DNA of 64,000 bases from Kiritimatiellia bacterium (GCA_028681135.1 JAQUJC010000007.1:57-64056), one strand, 5' to 3'; positions 47,401 through 53,959 are shown, numbered from the stretch's first letter. Numbers and translations: made by a program. The notes: generated by a model not told the origin, from the sequence alone.

Positions 47401-47806
47401 CTTTACCGGGACTGCGGCCGGGACGCTTTCGATCCTGCCGACCAGGGACCCGTTCAAGGTCTGGCTGGAATCCAAAGGTCTGAATCCGCAGGAGCAATAC
47501 GATGCCGGGAATGAGGATATCGACGGCGATGGGCTCACCACCTATCAAGAGTATATTGCCGATACCCACCCCGACGACTTGACCAGTGTGTTCGAACTGT
47601 TGAGCGACTATAATGCCAAAGCAGGGGAATTGAGCCTGATCTTCTTTGGCAGTTCCAACCGCATCTACGAATTACTGGTGAGTACCAATTTGTTCCAAAC
47701 GACCGAGGTCATCGATCTTGGCCGCGGGCAGGGACCGATGGTCGTGACAACCAATGTCCCGGGGAGTTGGGTCGGAACCGTTCGTGTTCGGATGCCGTCA
47801 CCTTAG
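38414..47806 (+). CDS. Giant (3130-aa) secreted multi-repeat surface protein: SdrD-B/Cna-B-like repeats, DUF11-like domains, gingipain-like C25 cysteine-peptidase domain, 5 YDG/MBG repeats, C-terminal Ca-binding (dockerin/TSP3-like) motif
   Basis: Signal-like hydrophobic stretch 'VGLVVLVLCGLGAVGAQAQ'. At least 8 SdrD-B-like units ('GD.(T)W.D.N.NG.QD.GEPG...VV(R)LYD...'). DUF11-like repeats (three 'TGNVA...LPPGL'-type units). C25-like region 'DYLVIASRALA...HMVVLVGNGHYD...YTGHGG...LSCVVGRF'. Five 'YDGTPR.V.A....AGL.V..TYDG...PT.AG.Y.VVA.V.D.NYEG...G.L.VEK' repeats. 'DIDGDGLTTYQEY' near the C-terminus. The start codon is uncertain (first ATG at 38414; the signal region begins ~30 aa later). Confidence 0.85.
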   Translation: MKHLRSSQYRNGCRSVPTACGRVLSRVRRQRDAGVGLVVLVLCGLGAVGAQAQVQSIAGITVTYQTVANTNQNYSTQGGGSSSFPADTTYNIRFNEGSSNHMYLAEVMVGGRTFDSIALAGQINIARSSRAAITGAHHIVLYEQASVSGTNLLLKSSYAATMEESLRSAMINHGADNVFSDQGDGNGNNNNIQRIDYLFPDGLPVHSHIEQRGFLVMDRGGNDRFKIAAVTALDANGKPAGFGPVVSVLETQWGTSGITLDTIVMRGYTEDGDVQHPSASLGSQPLSGVFLSWQALGLKTNDLIYGYALAANDATTNGAYWTQTDNPAYFPINTSPSSTYGGLDLISGGLMFYDEELNVTLGDRAWEDLNANGLQDAGEPGLSNVLVHVYDSVSNLAAVVRTDTNGVWRSPGHGPGAYFATYVCPEGYQFTTRYAGTNSAIDSNADPLTGQTAVYPMSNGQTNLTLDAGFYRLASLGDLTWEDSNVDGQQDIGEPGLGGVVVRLYDAMSNVIATSTSSMVGAYAFNDVRPGTYSVGFTAPAGYQFTAADIGNDATDSDADLATGETVPITLTSGQTNLSVDAGFYQPVSLGDFTWVDTNGNGQQDAGEPGLAGVVVRLYDAASNVTATTTSSVAGAYAFTDLLPGSYSVGFTAPAGYQLTTANAGNDATDSDAHPATGRTGTYALLSGQANTTVDAGFCRPASLGDFTWLDNNFNGQQDAGEPGLPGMVVRLYNAASNVMGTTTSSVAGAYAFSNLLPGTYFVGFTVPVGYQLTTANAGNDATDSDANPATGWTGTYVLTNGQANTTVDAGFYSSGSTGLRLYKSSSVTGNWNLDDTNAYYITIQNTGTVALTGIDLSDLLPGGVSFVEGSAQIVQLLSQTTMPFTETVSDNFGTVSYGNNDGIVNWLGNWIETGDDGSAASGNVLVQSGALVFQDRNARNDTVTRTHRRSTATNRVYTNSVLSFSYRRINWDWNDSMEISVSTNGFAGQSDLVYTVPGESTTDPSFIPITTNITAFMGADLAVRIEAGRRFSNNDQCHFDFITITQSGYDTQNQPQLVYTNGMTVNVISNLPAATPTNVLENYTLPAGTSVTIRIQTTLDVPLVSTQFINVATAQAPTTPPAVAAVTNYAVSHSVGDWVWFDTDGNGIQDSGETGLADVSVRLYSAASNLVAETVSGPNGAYGFSGLPTGAYFLEFVTPSNYLATAQNQGSSEALDSDMDPATGRTAVFTLSGGTNDTSRDAGFYQPSSSLGDFVWRDVNVDGIQSGGSETGMPGVVVRLYDTTSNVVATTATSAAGIYSFTNLAPGTYFLEFVAPSGFTFTLRNRGGNDELDSDVDIATGRTALFYLPPGTHDLSWDAGLTEVISGLSIVKVSDASSCLTPGDTITYTVTVVNTGNVAQAGVAISDVLPPGLTYVTNSAQVISTNTVVNTVLDEFNDVAYDNQDGTRNWSVDWQESDPYGTVGPVGDYVGIVGERLQFYWAYVGSEAAWRWADLSAETNATLSFDWETVGLDANEYLSVQIATNSSGPFVQLVQLGGTASGSTNFNITAYISTTTTIRVEPTPGSSDWERNEYGYLDNIEFSSICSTITTNPAAAPPLMVFDQTLAPEGSLTVSFQATVDVPSTVTQLVNTATIYSAVQPPLEAVITNCVEVADVGVHKVVSDSTPDMLSDIAYTLVASNNGPATATGVVITDVLPPQMQYSSHSNGAYSAATGEWTIGTLAVGASTTLVVSATVNEGTAGHSITNVASVTGRDLFDPVPANDVSAVVILPNPGITIGSRIWFDANGDGIQDANETNGVANIPVALVDTNGNMRATTHTDAQGTYLFEGMLPGTYTVQFDLSALTTNEILSPSKQGDDPTRDSDALAGNTCDLAWTEPLLFNVDRAGDHLHVDLGIATRGTTRAEVVEVWGEWSGDEGRVVWRTDSEFGTAGFFVYRVDPQTGAETRLSPLLLPSAFRESGATYWQADPAARRGEAGTYRLEEKELSGDFRDLGVHDVRFAVAKKATPRSPMRLPTAPARTRQPRAVPRGGATTTSAVQKVLVCEEGVYGVSLQSLAEGMGLPLEAVQALAATNGLVIKTQGAPVPAIYDAAREQIVFYGEAPPPNWYVHDAAYLISAGEGRAMARREPGATGGTPLLPVRLHFEEDVFLFNMNQMPDDFYFWIPVMSGFGPLSINPIPLDLSGYAGGDVTLKVRLMGWSSSPNNPDHLAVFGFNGTEVGSITFDGQEAVEVDLTIPASAVISGENTLTVEGVLQPGYTESFFVVDWVEAAFNRQVAPRAEAAFFRAGGVSAVSAAAFTNPLVLSLDDNGWATWIADENGTLDTKAWAAQADDERFAVIEADAVPLLAPEPAAADAWFLAPTNRIDYLVIASRALAPAAQELAEYRAGQELRTGVAVFEEVCDLMTGGERTPEAIPELLAYAQATWARPPHMVVLVGNGHYDYRGINYAEVNHLPPMMIQTHAGVCAVDGLLADAGGDELPDVAIGRLPARNASDLSAMIAKIKAYETGFGAAWQNELVLVADTADAAGQFPDANTQIEQLVAAPYRVAERIELDETDVETARVQLLNQFQSGAGFIHYTGHGGLHNYSSQNLLKGSDVAAMTNALRSPVTVALSCVVGRFEVPGATSLGEVLMQHASGGAVAVLGPSGLSQHTPATELGEAFYQAILQEGEGRLGLAFLQARRSLSETVFCRDTLSLYNLLGDPALRIAGNPIADMPLDLARVRLQDVDQVYDGTPRCVTAQTDPAGLAVEFTYDGAPTPPTAVGRYAVVATVVDATYEGSASGTLTVEKGTADLTLDDLTQTYDGTPRVVSATTIPAGLALEVTYDGQAMPPTVAGNYAVVAAVADANYEGRASGLLTVEKAAATIVLGEMTQTYDGTPRMVSASTMPAGLPVALSYNGEPVAPTAAGIYVVEAVVNTANREGGQTGLLTVAKAPVAVALANLEQAYDGETKQVTALANAPDVAIAVTYNGGELLPSRIGSYEVVAHVDDPNFTGTAAGTLSILPTRDPFKVWLESKGLNPQEQYDAGNEDIDGDGLTTYQEYIADTHPDDLTSVFELLSDYNAKAGELSLIFFGSSNRIYELLVSTNLFQTTEVIDLGRGQGPMVVTTNVPGSWVGTVRVRMPSP
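39490..40860 (+). repeat. Four tandem ~342-bp coding repeats (SdrD-B-like units, ~75-85% identical) inside the giant gene
   Basis: Translated units begin LGDRAWEDLNANG / LGDLTWEDSNVDG / LGDFTWVDTNGNG / LGDFTWLDNNFNG and end DAGFY(R/Q)(L/P)(A/V)S. This is a nucleotide-level tandem duplication. Confidence 0.8.
46580..47410 (+). repeat. Five tandem ~180-bp coding repeats (YDG/MBG-like Ig-fold units) inside the giant gene
   Basis: Repeated 'QTYDGTPR(V/M)VSA(T/S)T(I/M)PAGL...TYDG...PPT.AG.YAVVA.V.DANYEG.ASG.LTVEK' units. Confidence 0.75.
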
Positions 47807-47872
47807 CAGAGGGGGCTTGATGTGCAGGCGCAGCCGTGATAAACAAGTTCCCACCACAAAGGAGCGTTCCGC

Positions 47873-48277
47873 ATGTCTGAAAAACCGCGCTTGCCATATG
47901 AAAAACCTGTCAGTATTGACCTGGGCCGTGTGGCCCCGATTTTGGGTGATACGTGCAGCGTCGGCAATGGTGCGGCCGATTGTCCGGCGGGCATGAACAA
48001 CGCGATGGTGGCGATTTGTCAACCTTCCGGAGCCAGCGCCGATAATGACTGTCGCACCGGGTCCAATGCCGGCACATTCTGTTGGCCCTCGGGCTCGGGG
48101 GCTGCTGTCTATTGTTTGATGGGGAGTGGCTTTAAAACGGAGTCGTCGTATGGCGATGGAAACGCAGCGCCGTCGTCGTTTGGCGGCACCTTGGACTCCC
48201 TGGGTGAAACGGAGCCCCCCCCCAGCCTGGGAGGCACACCGGGCGGTGAAGGGATCAGTGGGCCGGGGGCCTTTTAG
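47873..48277 (+). CDS. Small Cys/Gly/Ser-rich protein (134 aa) with strong SD; candidate modified-peptide precursor or secreted Cys-rich peptide
   Basis: 'aaaggagcg' sits 8 nt upstream of the ATG. There is no obvious signal peptide. The N-terminal ~28 aa 'MSEKPRLPYEKPVSIDLGRVAPILGDT' is leader-like. The core has 6 Cys (CSVG..DCPAG..AICQP..DCRTG..FCWPSG..YCLMG) embedded in G/S/A/N-rich sequence. A C9 tract at 48215-48223 encodes PPP. Confidence 0.5.
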   Translation: MSEKPRLPYEKPVSIDLGRVAPILGDTCSVGNGAADCPAGMNNAMVAICQPSGASADNDCRTGSNAGTFCWPSGSGAAVYCLMGSGFKTESSYGDGNAAPSSFGGTLDSLGETEPPPSLGGTPGGEGISGPGAF

Positions 48278-48358
48278 GGCGATGTTCTGGAGTGCGGTCG
48301 GCGGTGCCGAGGGGCCTCTTAGCGTAACCAACTGTGACCGGATCGTCCAAAGAGACCC

Positions 48359-49009
48359 TTGTGGAGCGTGAGGGAAGCAAATGGGGCATTGCAACCGGAG
48401 ATGTTTGTGCAAATCATGGACCGGCAAATCCACTATAGCGGGTTGACGGCCCCAGCTCAGGGCGTCAGCATGCGCGGCACGCTGGCACCCGGCGATTGCC
48501 TGCGGGTGCGAGCGCTCCCGCTGGGCGAACTGCAGGCTGGGGATGTGGTCGCCTTCCGCCGTGGGGGACGCGTCTGGGCGCACCGGGTGGTGGCGCTTCA
48601 AGATGGGCACGGGTGGACCCAGGGTGATGGCAACTGGCGGCGGGATGCTGAACCGCTGGCCCCAGAAGAATTCATCGGGCGCGTCGAGGAAGCCGACGGG
48701 CCGTTGGGCCGACGGCCTGTGGTCGGTGGTGCCCGAGGATTGCGCCGAGCGCGTGCGCGACACGTGGTCGCCTTTGTCCGCTGGGGTGTGCTGTCTGTGG
48801 CAGCGCCGTTTTATCGTGTGCTACGGGCCAGCCGGATCGTATCGTGTCTGTGGCGGCCGGAGGTCCAGGTGGCGCAGTTTGCCGCGACGGGCGGCATCCA
48901 GACCAAATTCATCCATCGGGGGCAGACGATCGCCTGCTGGCAACGCCAGACGCGAGTGTGGACCTGCCAAGCGCCCTATGACTTGATCTTGTTCCCGCCC
49001 ACATCATGA
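48359..49009 (+). CDS. S24/S26-family (signal-peptidase/LexA-fold) serine peptidase-like protein
   Basis: 'GVSMRGTLAPGDCLRVRALPLGELQAGDVVAFRRGGRVWAHRVVAL' matches the S26 pattern (SMxPTL ... GD.v.f ... xRvv). The position equivalent to the catalytic Lys (KRV) is His-Arg (AHRVV), suggesting a Ser/His-type (SipW/Sec11-like) variant. The assignment is tentative. Confidence 0.45.
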   Translation: MWSVREANGALQPEMFVQIMDRQIHYSGLTAPAQGVSMRGTLAPGDCLRVRALPLGELQAGDVVAFRRGGRVWAHRVVALQDGHGWTQGDGNWRRDAEPLAPEEFIGRVEEADGPLGRRPVVGGARGLRRARARHVVAFVRWGVLSVAAPFYRVLRASRIVSCLWRPEVQVAQFAATGGIQTKFIHRGQTIACWQRQTRVWTCQAPYDLILFPPTS

Positions 49010-50202
49010 TCCCATCGGTTGCAGCGCTGCCCCGTTCGCCGGAAATGGCGTTGCTGCTGTGCTGCATCAGTCCGCTACCGACACCAGCAGAGGTGGCGGC
49101 CGTGGATTGGCCGCGATTCCAGGCCGTGGTCACCCACCATCATCTGCTGCCTTTGGTCTATCGCTGTTTGAAATCGGCCGCGGACAACGGCGCCGCCGTG
49201 CCGCCCGAATGGCTGGCGTTCTTTAAGCAACAAGCCTATGACATCGCGGCATTCAATTTACGAGCTACGGGGATATTGCGCCGTCTGCAACGTCTCGCCC
49301 GGGAAAGGGGGGTGGCGCTCATCCCGGTCAAGGGGCCTGCCTTGGCTATGTGGGCCTATGCCAGCACCTCGCTGCGGCAATTCGAGGATTTGGACCTCGT
49401 GGTTCGCCCGGCAGAGCTGCTGGTGGCGGTTGAGCTGCTGGAGCAGGAGGGCTATCAGTTGCGCGAGCTGTCGCCCAGAACCGATCGGCAACGCTACCTG
49501 CGCTCGCGTCAGGACTGGTCCTTGCAACGCCCCGCAGAGGCACCCCATCTGGACCTCAAGCCGGTCTTGATTTCCCATACGTTGTGTGGACCGGAATCCG
49601 CCGATTACCTCCTTGAAACGTCCCGGCGAATCGACACCGGTGATGATGGCGATCTGGAGTCACCGGGACCGGAGGCCATGTTGCTGGCGGTGTGCGTGGA
49701 TGGCGCCAACGAAAGCTGGCCCAAACTGTCGGCGGTGGCGGATGTGGCCGCTCTGCTGGCAAACCACTCCAACGCCGACTGGACCGGACTGGTGGCCGAG
49801 GCCAAGCGCTTGGGACAATGGCGCAGCTTGCTCGTCGGCGTGGCCTTGGCGGATATCCTGTTGAGTGGTCCCATGCCATCGGTTTTTGCGGAGGCGATCG
49901 ACCGTGATGCGACGGCTCAGCGGCTGGCGTTGGCGGCGGCCCGCCTCCTGGCCGCAGGCCGGTTGCCGCGGGATGAGGGCGTGCAGGCCGCGCGCTTTGC
50001 CTGGAAAACTCGCGATGACTGGCGCGGTCGCCTGCGCTTGTTGCGGCGTTTGCTGTTTATTCCCGGGGCTGCGGATTTGGATTGGGTGGCTCTGCCATCG
50101 GCGTTGTATCCACTGTATGCCGGGCTGCGGCCCTGTCGCCTGGCCTGGGACGCGGTGCGGCGCCGCCCCCGCCGTATCTGTTCCGGTGCAGGGGGCGCCT
50201 GA
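49006..50202 (+). CDS. Nucleotidyltransferase-family protein (NTP_transf_5-like, of the kind seen in peptide-modification clusters)
   Basis: 'MALLLCCISPLP...VDWPRFQAVVTHHHLLPLVYRCL...RERGVALIPVKGPALAMWAYASTSLRQFEDLDLVV' matches the uncharacterised-nucleotidyltransferase N-terminal pattern, including the D-x-D of a pol-beta-type NTase. Confidence 0.5.
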   Translation: MIPSVAALPRSPEMALLLCCISPLPTPAEVAAVDWPRFQAVVTHHHLLPLVYRCLKSAADNGAAVPPEWLAFFKQQAYDIAAFNLRATGILRRLQRLARERGVALIPVKGPALAMWAYASTSLRQFEDLDLVVRPAELLVAVELLEQEGYQLRELSPRTDRQRYLRSRQDWSLQRPAEAPHLDLKPVLISHTLCGPESADYLLETSRRIDTGDDGDLESPGPEAMLLAVCVDGANESWPKLSAVADVAALLANHSNADWTGLVAEAKRLGQWRSLLVGVALADILLSGPMPSVFAEAIDRDATAQRLALAAARLLAAGRLPRDEGVQAARFAWKTRDDWRGRLRLLRRLLFIPGAADLDWVALPSALYPLYAGLRPCRLAWDAVRRRPRRICSGAGGA

Positions 50203-50204
50203 TC

Positions 50205-52004
50205 ATGAATACCCCGCGAACCCGCTTGAAGCATATCCGCCAATCTGTCCGGCTGGTCTGGACCAGTGCACCGGGCTGGACTGTTTTGCAGGGGCTGTTG
50301 GTGCTCGTTCAGGGGGTGTTGCCTGTGGCGACGTTGTTCCTGACCCGGCAGGTGGTGGATGCGGCGAGCGCATTTTTGGGTCAAGCGCCCGGCGCGCGCG
50401 AGCCGTGGTCCCTGCTGGCCCTGGCCCCGTGGGTCGCGGCCGTGGCGGTCGCCGGTTGGCTATGCCGAGCCTTTTCATCCTTGGTGGTGGCGGCCCAGGT
50501 CGAGGTGGTGGCCGATACCGTGCAGGATGCCTTGCAGGCCAAGTCGGTGGATGTGGATTTGGCCTACTACGAGACGTCGTCCTATCATGACCAGATGCGC
50601 TTGGCGCAGGCGGAAGCGACGGGCCGTGCCACCAGCATCGTGCGCAACTTGGTGCAACTGGGCAGCGGCAGTATCATGCTGGTGTCTGTGGCCAGCGTCT
50701 TGGCGGGGACCCAGGGGCTGCTGCTGCCGCTGCTGCTGCTGGCGGCGGTGCCGGGGGCGCTGGCCCGCCTATACAATGCCCGGCGCTGGAATCGCTGGCG
50801 TATGCAGCAGAACACAACCAGCCGCTACGCCGGCTATCTACATGTGCTGTTGACCAGTCTGCCCTTTGCCAAGGAAATTCGCCTGTTTGGATTGGCCGAC
50901 GAATTGCGCGGGCAATCGCGCCGCCTGCGCGACCGGTTGCGGCATAGTCGCTTGATCTTGTTGCGCCGTCGCGCCGCTGCCGAAATTGCTGCGGATGCGG
51001 TCTCGGCGGGGGTGCTGGTGGCGGGCCTGGGTCTGGTCTATGCGCGTTTGCAGACGGGCGGTGCCACGTTGGGCGATTTGGCTTTGCTCTATGGCGGATT
51101 TCAAAAGGGACGGGGGGCCTTTGCGGGGGTCCTGGGCGGACTGGCCTCGCTCTATGAAGACTCGTTGTTCATTGCCCACTTTTATCGCTTTATGGAGTTA
51201 CCCCGACGAATCCAGTCGCCGAGCACCCCCCGGCCCGTTCCGCAATCCTTGAAACACGGCATCCACTTCGAGCATGTCTCCTTTCGCTATCCGGGGACGG
51301 ACCGCGATGTGTTGCGCGAGATCAACCTGGAGATTCGTCCGGGCGAGCATGTGGCGCTGGTGGGCGAGAATGGTTCGGGCAAAACCACCCTGGTGAAGCT
51401 TCTCTGCCGGCTCTACGATCCGACCGCAGGCCGGATTCTGCTGGAGGGAATCGATCTGCGCGAGTTCGCCCCTGACGAGCTGCGCGCGGCCTACAGCGGG
51501 GTGTTTCAGGACTTTGCCCGCTACCAAATGAGCGCAGAGGAAAATATCCGGCTGGGTCACGTGACGGTGCCGCCGGGTGATGCCCGCGTGGTAGCAGCGG
51601 CGAAACGGGCGGGCGCGGACGAGATCATTTCCCGCCTGCCCACAGGCTATGAAACCCGACTCGGACGGCTGTTTTTTGGGGGGGTGGAACTCAGCGAGGG
51701 CCAATGGCAGCGGGTGGCGCTTGCGCGCGCGCTGCTGCGGTCAGCGCCGATCCTGCTGCTGGATGAACCCACCAGCGCTCTCGATGCCCGGGCCGAACGG
51801 CAGTTGCTCGATACCATACTGACAGAAGCACGCGACCAAATTTTGCTGATGGTCAGCCATCGATTTTCTACCGTCCAGGCCGCCGACCGCATCGTGATGC
51901 TCACGGAGGGGCAGGTGACAGAAACCGGGGTGCATGAGCAATTGATCCAAGCCAATGGGGGGTATGCGCAACTGTTTACTAAGTGTTCACGCGGACCCGG
52001 CTGA
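50205..52004 (+). CDS. ABC exporter, fused transmembrane + ATP-binding domains (peptide/lipid exporter type)
   Basis: 599 aa with 6 N-terminal TM helices. Walker A 'GENGSGKTT', signature 'LSEGQWQRVALARAL', Walker B 'ILLLDEPTSALD'. The ATG at 50205 overlaps the upstream stop. Confidence 0.85.
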   Translation: MNTPRTRLKHIRQSVRLVWTSAPGWTVLQGLLVLVQGVLPVATLFLTRQVVDAASAFLGQAPGAREPWSLLALAPWVAAVAVAGWLCRAFSSLVVAAQVEVVADTVQDALQAKSVDVDLAYYETSSYHDQMRLAQAEATGRATSIVRNLVQLGSGSIMLVSVASVLAGTQGLLLPLLLLAAVPGALARLYNARRWNRWRMQQNTTSRYAGYLHVLLTSLPFAKEIRLFGLADELRGQSRRLRDRLRHSRLILLRRRAAAEIAADAVSAGVLVAGLGLVYARLQTGGATLGDLALLYGGFQKGRGAFAGVLGGLASLYEDSLFIAHFYRFMELPRRIQSPSTPRPVPQSLKHGIHFEHVSFRYPGTDRDVLREINLEIRPGEHVALVGENGSGKTTLVKLLCRLYDPTAGRILLEGIDLREFAPDELRAAYSGVFQDFARYQMSAEENIRLGHVTVPPGDARVVAAAKRAGADEIISRLPTGYETRLGRLFFGGVELSEGQWQRVALARALLRSAPILLLDEPTSALDARAERQLLDTILTEARDQILLMVSHRFSTVQAADRIVMLTEGQVTETGVHEQLIQANGGYAQLFTKCSRGPG

Positions 52005-52071
52005 AATCCTAACAAGAATTTAATCTGCAACCTATTGCGGTGAAACCGGTTTAGGCGCATAGTGTGCCACT

Positions 52072-53340
52072 GTGAGGAGGTGTCTCCATTTTTTTGCTGC
52101 GCTAGCGGGATTTTATTTCTCGCTGCTGTTGCGTTTTACTGTCGCCGGTCCCGGCGATGGCATTGTCGTGGGGTCCTGGGTGCTCAGTCCCTATGTGGAG
52201 TTGAATACCACCTATGATTCCAATGTTTACAAGGACTACCAAGACGAGATCGCCGACTGGTTTTTTGAGCCGGAGCTGGGCTTGCGCTTCAGTTCTGCCG
52301 CGGAAACCAACCGCATTTCTATCCGAGGGAATGTGTACTATTCTGATCGGCAGTATCAGCAGGAGAAAAATCGGGCGTTCAACACTTATGGCGACCACAT
52401 CACGCTGCGCCATGGCAATGGCCAGCGGGCCTTGATCGAACTGATCCAAAGCTTCCGTCATTTGGACGACAATGACCGCCATGCAGCCGACATTGAGGGT
52501 TCCATGCTCTCTGCCGAAATGGTTGAAGACAGCAACACGCTGGATTTAGAGCGCGACGTTCATCAGTTGGGCGCAGAGGTGTCCCGGCGGATGAGTGACA
52601 AGCTCAACCTGGCGCTGGCCTATCGTTATGCGGGGGTTCAGTATGAGAACGAGACCCATGATCGCCTGGACCCCAAGCAGTTGGGCGTACCGCAGGGGCT
52701 GAATTTGGATGGGCATATTCTTGAGCTGAATGGCGCCTTGGGACTCACCGACAAAACGGATGCCTTTGTGACCTTGCGGTATGGCCAGCAATATCAGGAA
52801 GACACTCCGGGGGCTGCCAAGTTGTCGACCATCCGAGTGGGGTTGAACTCGCACGGGACCGACAAACTAATGTATACGGCGGCAATCGGGATCGAGCGCT
52901 ATCAGCGTCCCATCGAGTCTGAAGCGGATGCGGACATCTATTTCAGTTTTAATGCGTCAGCCGACTGGTTCATCACCGAAAAACTGACCTTCCGTTGCGG
53001 GGGCTTTAACGGCACCCAGTTTTCGTCATTCTATCTGGGCAATGGGATGGAGTACATCAGTGGCTGGGCCGGCATGGGCTACCGCTGGAAACCGAGCATC
53101 ACCTTTTCCGTTCGCGGGGTCTATCGCCGGGATGACTATCTGGACCCGGTGACGCATCTGGGCGAGACCAAGGATCGGATGGATGACCGTGTCGAGGGGC
53201 ATGCGCGCGTGGATTATGTGGCCCCCGGCGGCTTTCTGCGTCTTTATCTGGAGGGCACCTATGACGAGGTTGATTCCAATTTCGATTTTGTGGATTATGT
53301 GGACCAGCGGATCATGCTGGGCGCAATTATCCGCTACTAG
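52072..53340 (+). CDS. Putative outer-membrane beta-barrel protein (EPS/PEP-CTERM-locus-associated type)
   Basis: Signal-like N-terminus, alternating hydrophilic/aromatic beta-strand pattern, C-terminal '...LGAIIRY' ending in an aromatic residue as in OMPs. The assignment is tentative. Confidence 0.45.
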   Translation: MRRCLHFFAALAGFYFSLLLRFTVAGPGDGIVVGSWVLSPYVELNTTYDSNVYKDYQDEIADWFFEPELGLRFSSAAETNRISIRGNVYYSDRQYQQEKNRAFNTYGDHITLRHGNGQRALIELIQSFRHLDDNDRHAADIEGSMLSAEMVEDSNTLDLERDVHQLGAEVSRRMSDKLNLALAYRYAGVQYENETHDRLDPKQLGVPQGLNLDGHILELNGALGLTDKTDAFVTLRYGQQYQEDTPGAAKLSTIRVGLNSHGTDKLMYTAAIGIERYQRPIESEADADIYFSFNASADWFITEKLTFRCGGFNGTQFSSFYLGNGMEYISGWAGMGYRWKPSITFSVRGVYRRDDYLDPVTHLGETKDRMDDRVEGHARVDYVAPGGFLRLYLEGTYDEVDSNFDFVDYVDQRIMLGAIIRY

Positions 53341-53348
53341 GAGGAACC

Positions 53349-53888
53349 ATGATGAAAAAAAATAAAATCGGCGCTCTGGTGGTCGCCAGCGTACTCGTGG
53401 CCACATTCGCTTGCGGCGCTTTTCAAAAACCGTCCGCTGAACAGCTAAAGGCTACGGCCAAAGACCCGGCCCTTTTGGCGGGGCTCTTGGTGGATGCTTC
53501 GATCGATCAGGCGGCCGAAACAACCAAGGATGTCGTGGCGGAAATCGTCAAACTGGACCTCGAACCCGACGAGCGCGATCTGCGAACAATATGGCTGGTG
53601 CGTATCCTGTTTCAGGCCATGTCGGAGGATGTCTGGACCGATGTGGCCATCTCGTTGGGCAAATTTGTGGCGGCCAGCCCCAAGGCCAGTGTCACGCCGT
53701 CACTGGTGTCGGCCATTCAAAGGTCCATTATTCAAACCGCCGAGTTGAAAAACGGGAACGCGTTCGGCAATGCCTTTATCATGGCCATGCAGACGGTGGC
53801 CGGTGCCCCGGGGGGAGGCAAAAATGTGCCGCCCCAACCGCCGCCCCCACCCGTCGCCTTGCCCTACGAAGCCCAGCGCTTCCGCTAA
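53349..53888 (+). CDS. Small secreted/lipoprotein of unknown function (Pro-rich C-terminus)
   Basis: 'MMKKNKIGALVVASVLVATFACG' is a signal peptide with a lipobox-like FAC. It is 179 aa and has no recognisable domain. Confidence 0.4.
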   Translation: MMKKNKIGALVVASVLVATFACGAFQKPSAEQLKATAKDPALLAGLLVDASIDQAAETTKDVVAEIVKLDLEPDERDLRTIWLVRILFQAMSEDVWTDVAISLGKFVAASPKASVTPSLVSAIQRSIIQTAELKNGNAFGNAFIMAMQTVAGAPGGGKNVPPQPPPPPVALPYEAQRFR

Positions 53889-53895
53889 AACGCCC

Positions 53896-53959
53896 TTGGG
53901 GTCAGCCCTTGAATCTTGAATTTGGAATGCCAAATTCAAGATTCAAGGGCTGACCCCAA
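53896..53959. terminator. Perfect 30-bp inverted repeat with 4-nt loop (TTGGGGTCAGCCCTTGAATCTTGAATTTGG-aatg-CCAAATTCAAGATTCAAGGGCTGACCCCAA): bidirectional terminator between convergent genes; second member of the palindromic family
   Basis: Seen directly. It sits between the + strand lipoprotein gene (stop at 53888) and the minus-strand prfC. Its right arm overlaps the last 7 codons plus stop of prfC (53936-53959). Confidence 0.8.

Noticed and set aside
38414-47806. Numerous 60-350-aa ORFs on the minus strand and in alternative frames inside the giant gene (e.g. 39494..40435 -, 41555..42616 -, 45563..46327 -, 46811..47569 -)
   Set aside because: These are typical antisense open frames of high-GC DNA. 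They overlap a single 9.4-kb frame with coherent domain and repeat structure, and they have no independent signals.
47873-48277. Calling the Cys-rich ORF a SCIFF/ranthipeptide or lasso precursor specifically
   Set aside because: It has no sequence resemblance to the SCIFF consensus. No lasso cyclase or protease (B/C) genes are present. Only the generic precursor-like features are retained.
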